Notes under the pieces: generated by a model | Told to the model about the DNA's origin: nothing | Databases searched by the model: none | Seen by the model: the letters and a program-made list of their open reading frames with translations, nothing else | Assembly (NCBI GenBank): GCA_963750165.1 | Contig: CAVVPN010000003.1 | Coordinates: 672,001-736,000 of the forward strand | Source: an uncultured Gemmataceae bacterium | GTDB taxonomy: Bacteria; Planctomycetota; Planctomycetia; Gemmatales; Gemmataceae | Length of the DNA stretch: 64,000 nt | Direction of reading: 5' to 3' | Made by a program: the position numbers and the translations under genes | Part shown: positions 21,334 to 30,101 of the stretch, in pieces | How the letters are laid out: each line of letters starts with the position of its first letter | How positions within the stretch are numbered: position 1 is the stretch's first letter

Positions 21334-21680
21334 ATGACCAGCCCGGCTCCGCGCTCGCGGGCCGGTAGCGCGTGGAGCGCCATTGCTCCGGCCGTCAACG
21401 CCGTGGTGCTTCGGCCAGCCTAAATATTCGTGATGGCAGTGAAGCCCATTCCCGAGCCCAGTGCGCGAGTGAGGCAGCCAGACTCGAATATTTAGCCTGG
21501 ATGGAGCACTGGCCCCGCCTGCGCGCCGCCGGCAAGTTGCCGCCATCTGTCCGCCTGGGGCGCAAGGTGCTGTGGCGCCGCGCCGAGGTAGTCGCCTGGA
21601 TTGAGAGCGGCTGCCCTGACGCCCGCACCTGGGCTGCGATGTCCGCTGCCCGTCGGCGAAACGGGCGGCCTGTTGGTTAG
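21334..21680 (+). pseudogene. AlpA/excisionase-like HTH gene remnant interrupted by a MITE-like insertion
   Basis: RLRAAGKLPPSVRLGRKVLWRRAEVVAWIESGCP is an AlpA-type winged-HTH C-terminal half; lies next to the tRNA-Cys 3' end. Confidence 0.6.
21406..21509. mobile_element. MITE-like 104-bp element with 25-bp imperfect terminal inverted repeats
   Basis: Left end GTGCTTCGGCCAGCCTAAATATTCG; reverse complement of right end GTGCTCCATCCAGGCTAAATATTCG (21 of 25 identical). Confidence 0.55.
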
Positions 21681-21888
21681 ACCTGTGGGGCTTGTGTGCT
21701 GATGCCGGGCTGGACTCCTACTCCTTGCCTTCCGGCTGCCGAGCGGCAAGCGCTGCCAGCGACTGGGACCCCCGGCTATTTCAGGAGATTTTGAGAGATA
21801 AACTGAGACGGAAGCAGCGCAACCGCCGGATGACGAAAACCGCGGAAAACCCAAGGAATCCGCGGTTTCTTTTGGAAAAGATGAGCAG

Positions 21889-21959
21889 AGGCCCCTCCCG
21901 GATTCGAACCGGGGATGGCGGATTTGCAATCCGCTGCCTTACCGCTTGGCGAAGGGGCC
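21889..21959 (-). tRNA. tRNA-Cys (GCA)
   Basis: Minus strand GGCCCCTTCGCCAAGCGGTAAGGCAGCGGATTGCAAATCCGCCATCCCCGGTTCGAATCCGGGAGGGGCCT folds into a cloverleaf with anticodon GCA and TTCGAAT T-loop; CCA not encoded. Confidence 0.97.
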
Positions 21960-22026
21960 GCAAAACCTCGGGCATCTTAGCCCGCCGGCGCACGGCTGTC
22001 AACGCAGCCCGCGGCGCCGCCGGACC

Positions 22027-22767
22027 TTACAGCCGGCCCGCCTTCAACTTGCGCGTCAGCTCCTGGATGCGCCCCTGGCTCTCCTGCCGCGCCGCCGCGA
22101 AGCCCTTCACGTTCACCTTGCCCGCTTTCAGATAGTCCAGCACCACCGCCTCCGCCGCCATCAGCTCCTGACAGCCCTTCGCCACCAGCGACGCGATCTC
22201 GTTGGGGATCGTCGTTACGCCGTTGCGGTCGCCGTGCAGCAGGTCGCCCGGATGCACCGTCACGCCGCCAACGTGCACCGGCACGTTCAGCTGCACGATT
22301 TGACAGTAGCCGTGGGCGCACATGGTGCCGTTCGTGAAGCATGGGAAGCCCAGCGCTTCCACCTGGTCCAGGTCACGGCCGCTGCCGCTGGTGATGAGGC
22401 CAGCGGCGCCGAACGCCTTGTAGGTGCTACACATCACCTCGCCGAAGGTCGCGGCCGCCATCGGGTTGTCCAGATCCTGGAACACCACCACCGCCGGCCC
22501 CGGCAACTCCGCGAACGACGCCACCTGATCCGCCAGCCCCGAGTACACCGTCCCCGCCCGCGACGGCGCTGCCGAGCGGAACGTCGCCGTCGAGGCGTAG
22601 CCGACCATCGGCGGCAGCTTTGGGAAACACGGTTGAATGCGGCCGTCCAGGTAGCCGGCCGTGCGCGGCCGCACATCGAACAGTTCGACCACGTTGCAGA
22701 CCGTCGGCGTGTCGAACTTGCGCAGCAACTCCAGGTCGCTCGCCGGCACCGCATGGAAACTGGACAT
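22027..22767 (-). CDS. RraA family protein (HMG aldolase-like)
   Basis: [45 protein letters not shown]. Confidence 0.85.
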   Translation of the reverse strand: MSSFHAVPASDLELLRKFDTPTVCNVVELFDVRPRTAGYLDGRIQPCFPKLPPMVGYASTATFRSAAPSRAGTVYSGLADQVASFAELPGPAVVVFQDLDNPMAAATFGEVMCSTYKAFGAAGLITSGSGRDLDQVEALGFPCFTNGTMCAHGYCQIVQLNVPVHVGGVTVHPGDLLHGDRNGVTTIPNEIASLVAKGCQELMAAEAVVLDYLKAGKVNVKGFAAARQESQGRIQELTRKLKAGRL

Positions 22768-22785
22768 GGTTGACCTCAAATTCTC

Positions 22786-22839
22786 GTGGGATCGGCTTCC
22801 AGCCTGTCAGACGCTCGACAGGCTGGAAACCGATTCCAC
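22786..22839. repeat. Palindromic REP-like element
   Basis: gtgggatcggcttccagcctgtc - 8 nt - gacaggctggaaaccgattccac. Confidence 0.75.
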
Positions 22840-22974
22840 GTTCCAACCTACCGCGGCCGCCCCCAAAAGCAACGCAAAATCACAAATCCGTCCGTTCGGG
22901 GTTGTCAGGACGGGCGCGGCGGGGAACAATGAGAGTAGCTTTCCCCTCACGCATGACCCCGCAGGAATTGCCGC

Positions 22975-23283
22975 GTGAATCGCATTCTGGCCGTCGTCTG
23001 GCTGATCGTCGCTCTGTTCGCGTTTGGCGTGGCCTGGTCCGGCCCCAAAGCGGAGCAGTTTCCCATCAACCCGGCCACTGTCGCCTGGGTGGCGGCGTTC
23101 CTGGCCTTCTACAACGTGGTCCGCTGGTGGGGCATGCGTCTGGCGGTGAAGGAACGGCGGCCGCTGCCCTCCACACTCGCCCACCGCCGCTACGACGACG
23201 CCCTCCGCGCTCCGGACCCCAATTTCAACTTCACCGACGCGCCGGCGCCAACCGGCATCACCAAACCGGACACGAAACCGTGA
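22975..23283 (+). CDS. Small hypothetical membrane protein (2 TM)
   Basis: Two hydrophobic segments; AGGA RBS before GTG. Confidence 0.6.
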   Translation: MNRILAVVWLIVALFAFGVAWSGPKAEQFPINPATVAWVAAFLAFYNVVRWWGMRLAVKERRPLPSTLAHRRYDDALRAPDPNFNFTDAPAPTGITKPDTKP

Positions 23284-23514
23284 TTTGTCTTGCATTCGCC
23301 GCGGCGAACGGCGAAACTACAGCTACCCCAACGAGCGCATCGACCGCGCCCACCCGCCACCCTGACCCGCCCGTTTCCGTGTCCCCCACGCGACCGCCGG
23401 CCCCGTTCGGGCCACCTTGACTCGCCGGGGGGCGGATGTAACCATAAGCACTGGTGCCCTGAAGCGGCCGACCATCACCGGATTCGGACGCCGCATTCTT
23501 CAAAGAGTCCAGCC

Positions 23515-25815
23515 ATGGCGCGAAAGAAGTCCCGTCACCCGCAGCGCAGCAGCAGTCCCGGCACGGCGGCCGCCCCGGCGCCCAGCCCCGCCCGCACCGC
23601 CGTTGCCCCGGCGCCCGCCACGGCCATCACCGCCAACGGCAACGCCGCCCCGCCGCGGTCACCGGTCGTGGGCACCGCGACGACCGAGCAACCTCAGTCC
23701 AAAAAGAAACCCGCCGAGCGTTCGCTGCTCGAAATCGTCATCCAGCGCTGCGCCCGCACCCTCGGCTCACTGCAAATGGCCGTCATTCTGCTGATCCTGT
23801 TCGCGCTGGTCGTCCTGCTCGGCACCTTCATGGAGAGCTGGTACAGCACCAAGATCGCCCAGGTGCTGGTCTACAAGTCCTGGTGGTTCGTGCTGCTGCT
23901 CGGGCTGCTGGCGGTCAACATCTTCTTCGCGGCCGCCAAGAAGTGGCCGTGGAAGAAGCACCAGACTGGTTTCATCATCACGCATATCGGCCTGCTCATC
24001 CTGCTGAGCGGCGGCGTCCTCAACGCCCTGGGCGGCGTGGACGCCCAGGCCCAGCTCATCGACACCCCCGACCTTGAGATTCAGGATCTCGTCCGGCAAA
24101 ACATGGGGTCGATGATGCAGTCCACCACCCGGTGCCTGTTCACCGACACGGCGCAGCTCAGCCTTCGCGAGAACCAACCGGACCTCGGCGACGCGCACGG
24201 CTTCCACATGGCCCGTAAGACCGCGGTCAAGGGCAAGCCGGTCGAGATCGATTTCGAGCCCGGCCCGCTGCCCTGGAAGTCCGAGAACCAGCACACCTCC
24301 GACCTGCTGCTGTCCTTCATGACCTGGCTGGCCAGCCCGTTCGGCCACTCCTGTGAAATGGGCATGCAGGACAACACCCGCCTGGAAGTCCTCGACTTCA
24401 TGCCGCACGCCCGCCGTGAGCGCTTCAGCGCCAGCAACCGCGACGGCTTCCCGGCCCTCAAGGTGGAGTTGCGCTCGCTGCGCATGAGCGCACGGCCCAT
24501 GGACCGCTGGCTGGCCGTCAACACCCGCGACCCCCGCCGCCTGAGCGACCGCGCCCTCAACGCCGGGCCGGCCATCATCGAGTTCATCGGCCTGTGTCCG
24601 GAGCCGCTGCTGGAGGAGTTCAAGCACCCCGTCACCACCGCCGGCAAGGGCAAGCAGGGCGTGCTCGCGATCCTGCCGCCGGGCGGTGGCCCCGGCGACC
24701 GCGTCGCGCTGGACGTGGAGGAAGCCACGAACAAGCCGCACACCCTGCCGGGCGGCCTGACCATCAAGATCGACAAGTACCTGCCGACGTTGATGAAGGA
24801 GAATCCCCAGGCGGACGACGCACCGGTTGATCCGGTGGTGTACTTCACACTATCCCGGCCGGGTGAACCGGACCGCCAGTTCATCGTCTTCGCCCGCATC
24901 ACCGGCTACGTCGTGCAGGTGGAGCGCGGCTTCCTCCTGCAGGGGGCCGACCCGGACCTGCCGCTGTTCTGGTTCCACACTCCCGACGTGCGCCAGGGCC
25001 GGCAGGGCGGGCAGGGCCAGCTGGAAGTCAAGGGCGTGCTGCAGTTCGTCCAGGTGCCGGGCGGCGCCCTGTGGTTCCGGTCCTTCTCGCGGCGAGAGGA
25101 CGGCGCCTTTGGCCTGGAGAAGCGCGATCGCGTTGCCGCCCTGAACACCGACACCGACATCTGGGGCCGCATGCAGTGGAAGTTCCGCGTCGTGGAGCAC
25201 CTGCCGGAGGCCGTCGAGGAGGAGCGCTATATGCCGGCGCCGGTGGCGGCCGGCAAGGACACCGAGGAGGACAACTTCCGCTACCCGGCGGTGATCCGCT
25301 GCAAGCTGAGCACCGCCAAGAACGCCAAGGAGTTCTGGCTGCAGCGCGACAGCTCGCGCATTGTGGACGTGGACGGCCGCGAGTTCACGATCGCGTATCG
25401 CACCAAGGAAATGAACCTCGGCTTTGAGTTGAAGCTGGAGCGCGCCGAGCAGACGGTGGACCCCGGCACGCGGGCCGCCGCGACCTACACCAGTTACGTC
25501 CAGCTGTTCGACAAGGAAGAGAAGCTGGACGGCGTTCGCAAGATCATCACCATGAACGAACCACTGGAGCACCGCGGCCTGAAGTTCTACCAATCGACGT
25601 ACAAATTCCTGGGCACGTATGACGCCAACGGCCGGCCGGTGAGCCTCTCCGGCTTCACGGTGGGCCGCGACCCCGGTCTGGAACTGAAGTACCTGGGCTC
25701 GGTCCTGCTGGCCCTCGGCATCTTCACGATGTTTTACATGAAGGCGTACTTCTTCAAGCCGAAGGGCCGCGCCACCGCGCCGGCGACACCCGCGCCGCCC
25801 GGCCAACCCGCGTAA
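23515..25815 (+). CDS. Cytochrome c biogenesis system II protein, ResB/CcsB-like
   Basis: LGSLQMAV...GTFMES...YKSWWF...THIGLLILL.GG; C-terminal ITMNEPL...FYQS...RDPG..LKYLGS. Confidence 0.85.
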   Translation: MARKKSRHPQRSSSPGTAAAPAPSPARTAVAPAPATAITANGNAAPPRSPVVGTATTEQPQSKKKPAERSLLEIVIQRCARTLGSLQMAVILLILFALVVLLGTFMESWYSTKIAQVLVYKSWWFVLLLGLLAVNIFFAAAKKWPWKKHQTGFIITHIGLLILLSGGVLNALGGVDAQAQLIDTPDLEIQDLVRQNMGSMMQSTTRCLFTDTAQLSLRENQPDLGDAHGFHMARKTAVKGKPVEIDFEPGPLPWKSENQHTSDLLLSFMTWLASPFGHSCEMGMQDNTRLEVLDFMPHARRERFSASNRDGFPALKVELRSLRMSARPMDRWLAVNTRDPRRLSDRALNAGPAIIEFIGLCPEPLLEEFKHPVTTAGKGKQGVLAILPPGGGPGDRVALDVEEATNKPHTLPGGLTIKIDKYLPTLMKENPQADDAPVDPVVYFTLSRPGEPDRQFIVFARITGYVVQVERGFLLQGADPDLPLFWFHTPDVRQGRQGGQGQLEVKGVLQFVQVPGGALWFRSFSRREDGAFGLEKRDRVAALNTDTDIWGRMQWKFRVVEHLPEAVEEERYMPAPVAAGKDTEEDNFRYPAVIRCKLSTAKNAKEFWLQRDSSRIVDVDGREFTIAYRTKEMNLGFELKLERAEQTVDPGTRAAATYTSYVQLFDKEEKLDGVRKIITMNEPLEHRGLKFYQSTYKFLGTYDANGRPVSLSGFTVGRDPGLELKYLGSVLLALGIFTMFYMKAYFFKPKGRATAPATPAPPGQPA

Positions 25816-25863
25816 CCACGAGCCCCATCCGACCAGTGGGATTTCTCGCCCGAGGGAGCTAAC

Positions 25864-28516
25864 ATGTCCAACCCGTTCCAGAACAAGACACTGGGCGGAC
25901 TGCCGCTGACGCCGCCAGTCCTCTGGATCCTGGCCGGCATGGCGGTCGTCGCCGTCCTCATCGTGGCCCTGACGGTGGCGAATTTCCTGCCCGTCATCCA
26001 GGCGAGCGCGGTCACCGACGCCGGCGAGCGGAAGGTCGAACTGCCGAAATACGACGTTACCTCCTGGCACGCCATCGGCGTCCAGGACCACGGCCGCACC
26101 AAGCCGTTCGAGACCGCCTGCCGCGAAACCGTGCGGCTCATCGTCGGCCGCGAGTCGTTCCAGCGCCAGGACGCCGTGGCCGTGGTCCTCGAGCTGGATG
26201 CTGGAGGTCGATCCCAACGACAAGAAGGCCCGCAGTCAGTGGGACGACCTGCCGTTCATCCTGTGCGATCACAAGGAAGTGCGCAAGCTGATTTACACGC
26301 TCCAGGACGACGGCAGCGTGACCGACCCGAACGACCTGACGCACGACCAGGTTCACGGCAAGTACATGACGCCCGTGGAACTGCGTGCCTTCAAGGTGCG
26401 GGCGGAACGGCTGCTGCGGGAAAACCCCGAGCGCTGGAACACGTTGGTCAAGCCGATCGAGCGGCCGACCGAGGAGGTGCTCTACAGCCGGCTGGCCCTG
26501 TTTGACAAGATCCGCCAGCTGAAGCGGAAGGACGAGGGCTCGGCCCCGCCCCTGGAGCCGGTCGGCAACGGCGAGCAGGAGAAGGTGCCGCCGCCGAACG
26601 ACCCGTTCGCCTTCGTCGCGCTGGACCGGGTGCCGAACTCGCCCTGGTTCTCCCTCGCCGACCTGCGCTACATCCACGAGGACGCCAAACAGGACGAGAA
26701 GACGGGCAAGTGGACCTCGAAGCGTTGGACCGAAATCCTGATGAAGGAGCGCGTCAAGAACGCCCCGCAACTGTACATCCCCGCGGAGCAGAAGGAGGCG
26801 CTGAAGGAGTTCCAGGCCCAGGTCAAGGCGGGCACCGGCGCGCGGGCCATCGACGAGATGGCTCCCGAACTGCAGCAGCGCCGTCAGCAGTGGCTCGAGA
26901 AGTTCATCGCCGTGCGCAGCCAGAGCAAAAACAAGCGCGACGAGGCCGTGGCCATGATTGGCGCCCTGTTCAACAGCTTGCCGAGCACGACACGCGACGG
27001 CCGCACGGAATACGCCCCGGAGCTGCACGAGTCCATGATCCAGGTGCAAAAGCTTTACAAGGCTGAACAGGAGGGCAAGGAGGTCAAGACGGAAGCTTAC
27101 GTGCGTGAGCTGAGTTCGCTGCTCAATCAGCGCGACGCCTACCAGATGGACGATCTGAAAAAGCGACTGCCGCCGAAGTCCGGCTACGACCCGGCCGACC
27201 CCAACTACCGCATGCTGCATCTGACCTACCTGGAGACGCGCTACCCGGACCTGTACCGCCGCGCCACCGAATGGCAGGAGTACCCCGCGGAGAAGGTGCA
27301 GCGCGTCCTGGCCGCCCACAAGCAGCTGGCCGACGCCTATCGCTCCGGCGATGCCGGCCGCTTCGACCAGGCGACCACAAAATTCCTGGATACCGTTGCG
27401 GACGTGAGCAAGGAAGTCGGCCCGTACCCCGGCGAGGACACGGTGTCCGCGCGGCTGGGCATTCTGCTGAGCGGCCACAGCCTCGGCCAGCCGAGCCAGC
27501 AACTGCTCGACCTGGAGCGGACGTTCAACCGCGTCATGCCGTTCACGTTTGGCTGGATTCTGATGCTGGTGAGCCTGTTGCTGCTGTGCCTGGGCGTGGG
27601 GCTGCAGTCGCAGTGGTGCTACCGCATTGGCCTGGGCGTCTTCGGCGTGTCGCTGGCGTTCCAGCTGTACGGCCTGTTCGTGCGTGTGGTCATCTCCGGC
27701 CGGCCGCCGGTGAGCAACATGTACGAGACGGTCATCTGGGTGTCGTTCATGTCGGCGGTGATGGGCCTGATCCTGGAGTTGATCTACAAGCCGAAGGTGT
27801 TCGCCATCGGCGGCGCGGTGGTGGCGACAATGGGCCTGGTGCTGGCGGACCAGCTGCCGCTGGCGCTGGACCCGAAGATCAGCCCGCTGGTGCCGGTGCT
27901 GCGCAGCAACTTCTGGTTGACCATTCACGTGCTGGTGATCGTCAGCAGTTACGCGGCCGGCACGCTGGCGTGGGCGCTGGGCATGATCACGCTGTTGATG
28001 ATCGTGTTCGGCTCGAGGGCGCGGCAGGCGACGGTCAAGATGCTGTCGATGTTCACGTATCGGGCGCTGCAGGTGGCGGTGCTGCTGCTGGCGGCGGGCA
28101 CGTTCCTGGGCGGCTGGTGGGCGGCCTACTCGTGGGGTCGCTTCTGGGGCTGGGACCCCAAGGAGACCGGGGCGCTGATCGCGCTGCTGTGCTACGTGAT
28201 CCCGCTGCACATGCGCTACATCGGCTGGATCAAGGATTTCGGCCTGGCGGTGGCCGCGATCCTGTGTTACGCGGCGATCCTGATGTCATGGTACGGCGTC
28301 AACTTCGTGTTGGGGGCGGGGCTGCACAGCTACGGCTTCGGCGGCGGCGGCGAGGGCTGGGTCTACTGGGCGTGCCTGCTCAACATCGAGTGGGTCATGG
28401 CCGCGACGCTGGTCTACTGGCGCAAGCAGGCCGCGCCGTCCATGCAGGAGAAGATGCCGGCGTCCGAGCACATCACGGCGACGGTCGGTACGGCGCCGGA
28501 GCACGTCCAGGCGTAA
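25864..28516 (+). CDS. ccsA: Cytochrome c biogenesis system II protein CcsA/ResC with long N-terminal extension; frameshift near 26190
   Basis: N-terminal part (GRTKPFET) in the 25864 frame; SGRPPVSNMYE, PVLRSNFWLTIHV, WWD motif GGWWAAYSWGRFWGWDPKE and GLHSY in the 26198 frame. Confidence 0.88.
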
Positions 28517-28542
28517 CTGTGTGCTGAGCCCGGAGCGCGGGC

Positions 28543-28593
28543 ACGAACCCGTTTACGTTTCGCGCGGCCCGCGCGAAACGTAAACGGGTTCGT
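28543..28593. repeat. Palindromic REP-like hairpin (GTTTCGCG family), possible terminator
   Basis: acgaacccgtttacgtttcgcgc-ggccc-gcgcgaaacgtaaacgggttcgt. Confidence 0.8.
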
Positions 28594-28666
28594 CGTTGAC
28601 CGCGGCGGCCAGGCGTGCGATGATCCCTAACACGGATTCCCGAACCACGCCGCGGAGGCCGCTGCC

Positions 28667-29683
28667 ATGCGTCGATCACACCTGCCGGTGGTTGTTCTGT
28701 TGCTGAGCCTCGTCGCCCCGCTGGCCGCGCAGGAGCGCCAGGCCACGCCGCAGCAACTCCGCGCCGCCGTGACGCGGGCGCTGCCGCTGATCGTGAAGGG
28801 CGCCGCCGGCCACCGGACGCAGCGGAACTGCTTCGCCTGCCATCACCAGGCCGTGCCCATCCTGGCGCTGACCACCGTCCGGTCGCGCGGCTTCGCCGTG
28901 GACGACGCGGACGTGCAGAAACACGTCGATTACATCGCGGAGTTCCTGGGCCGCAACCAGAAAAACTACCTCAAGGGCAAGGGCCAGGGCGGTCAGGTGG
29001 ACACGGCCGGCTACGCCCTGTGGACACTGGAGCTGGGCGGCCGCGCCCCGGACAAGATCACCGCCGCGGTCGCCGAGTATCTGCTGCTGTTCGACAAGGA
29101 CCGCGACCACTGGCGCACGACCGCCAACCGGCCGCCGTCGGAGACCAGCCCGTTCACGACCACCTATGTGGCGCTGCGTGGCCTGCAGGCGTTCGGCACG
29201 GCGGAGCAGAAGGAACGTGTCGAGAAGCGGCTGGAGCAGGTTCGCGGCTGGCTGGTGAAGGCGAAAACAAAGGACACGGAGGACCGCGTCTTTCGGCTGT
29301 GGGGCCTGAAGCGCGCCGGCGCCGCGACGGCGGACGTGCAGGCTGCCGCCCAGGAGTTGCTCAAGACGCAGCGGCCCGACGGCGGCTGGGCGCAGCTGGC
29401 GACGCTGAAGTCGGACGCCTACGCCACGGGCTCGGCGCTGGTGGCGCTGCACGAGGCCGCGGGTCTGGCGACCACCGACCCGGCGTACCAGCGCGGCCTG
29501 CATTTCCTGCTCGGCGATCAGAAAGACGATGGTTCCTGGCACGTCCGCTCACGCAGCAGACCGTTCCAGCTGTATTTCGAGAGCGGTTTTCCGCACGGCA
29601 AGGATCAGTTCATTTCGCTCGCCGCCAGCAGCTGGGCGACCACGGCCCTGGTGCTGGCACTGCCGCCCAGTAAGCGTGAGTGA
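28667..29683 (+). CDS. Secreted prenyltransferase/squalene-cyclase-repeat protein with a CxxCH motif
   Basis: Signal peptide, CFACHH, QW-like repeats QRPDGGW and QKDDGSW, SDAYATG. Confidence 0.8.
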   Translation: MRRSHLPVVVLLLSLVAPLAAQERQATPQQLRAAVTRALPLIVKGAAGHRTQRNCFACHHQAVPILALTTVRSRGFAVDDADVQKHVDYIAEFLGRNQKNYLKGKGQGGQVDTAGYALWTLELGGRAPDKITAAVAEYLLLFDKDRDHWRTTANRPPSETSPFTTTYVALRGLQAFGTAEQKERVEKRLEQVRGWLVKAKTKDTEDRVFRLWGLKRAGAATADVQAAAQELLKTQRPDGGWAQLATLKSDAYATGSALVALHEAAGLATTDPAYQRGLHFLLGDQKDDGSWHVRSRSRPFQLYFESGFPHGKDQFISLAASSWATTALVLALPPSKRE

Positions 29684-29691
29684 GCGTGCCG

Positions 29692-30030
29692 CTACTCGTC
29701 CTGCCCCGCCGTGTCATCGCGAGGGATTTCCAGCCGGCAACAGCCCAGGTTGAGGTGATCGTTGACCGCCTTGCCACCGGCGGGCTGGAAGATGTCGGGG
29801 TGCAGTTGGTAAATGACGAAGCGGCCCTGCTTGCTGTCGAGCACCAGGCCGGCGTTGCGCAGCACACCCAGGTGGTGCGAGATGTTCACGACCTCCACGT
29901 TCAGCAGCGCGGCCAGGTCGCTGACGTTCCGGGGGCCACCGCGAAGCACCTGGATGATGCGCAACCGCTCCGGGTCTGCGACGGCTCGCAGCAGGCGGGC
30001 GCAACGATCCGATTCCAGATGGTCTTCCAT
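29692..30030 (-). CDS. ArsR family transcriptional regulator
   Basis: ADPERLRII...NVSDLA...NISHHLGVLRNAGLV...GRFVIYQL; C-terminal LGCC. Confidence 0.88.
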   Translation of the reverse strand: MEDHLESDRCARLLRAVADPERLRIIQVLRGGPRNVSDLAALLNVEVVNISHHLGVLRNAGLVLDSKQGRFVIYQLHPDIFQPAGGKAVNDHLNLGCCRLEIPRDDTAGQDE

Positions 30031-30101
30031 GGCGAACCGGCCCAGTTCCGAGTGATGTGGAAAATACCCCTCCATCTTAATCTTTCCGTTTCGGGGTAGC
30101 A

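Noticed and set aside
28667..29683. Squalene-hopene cyclase (shc)
   Set aside because: Too short, has a signal peptide and lacks the DxDD motif
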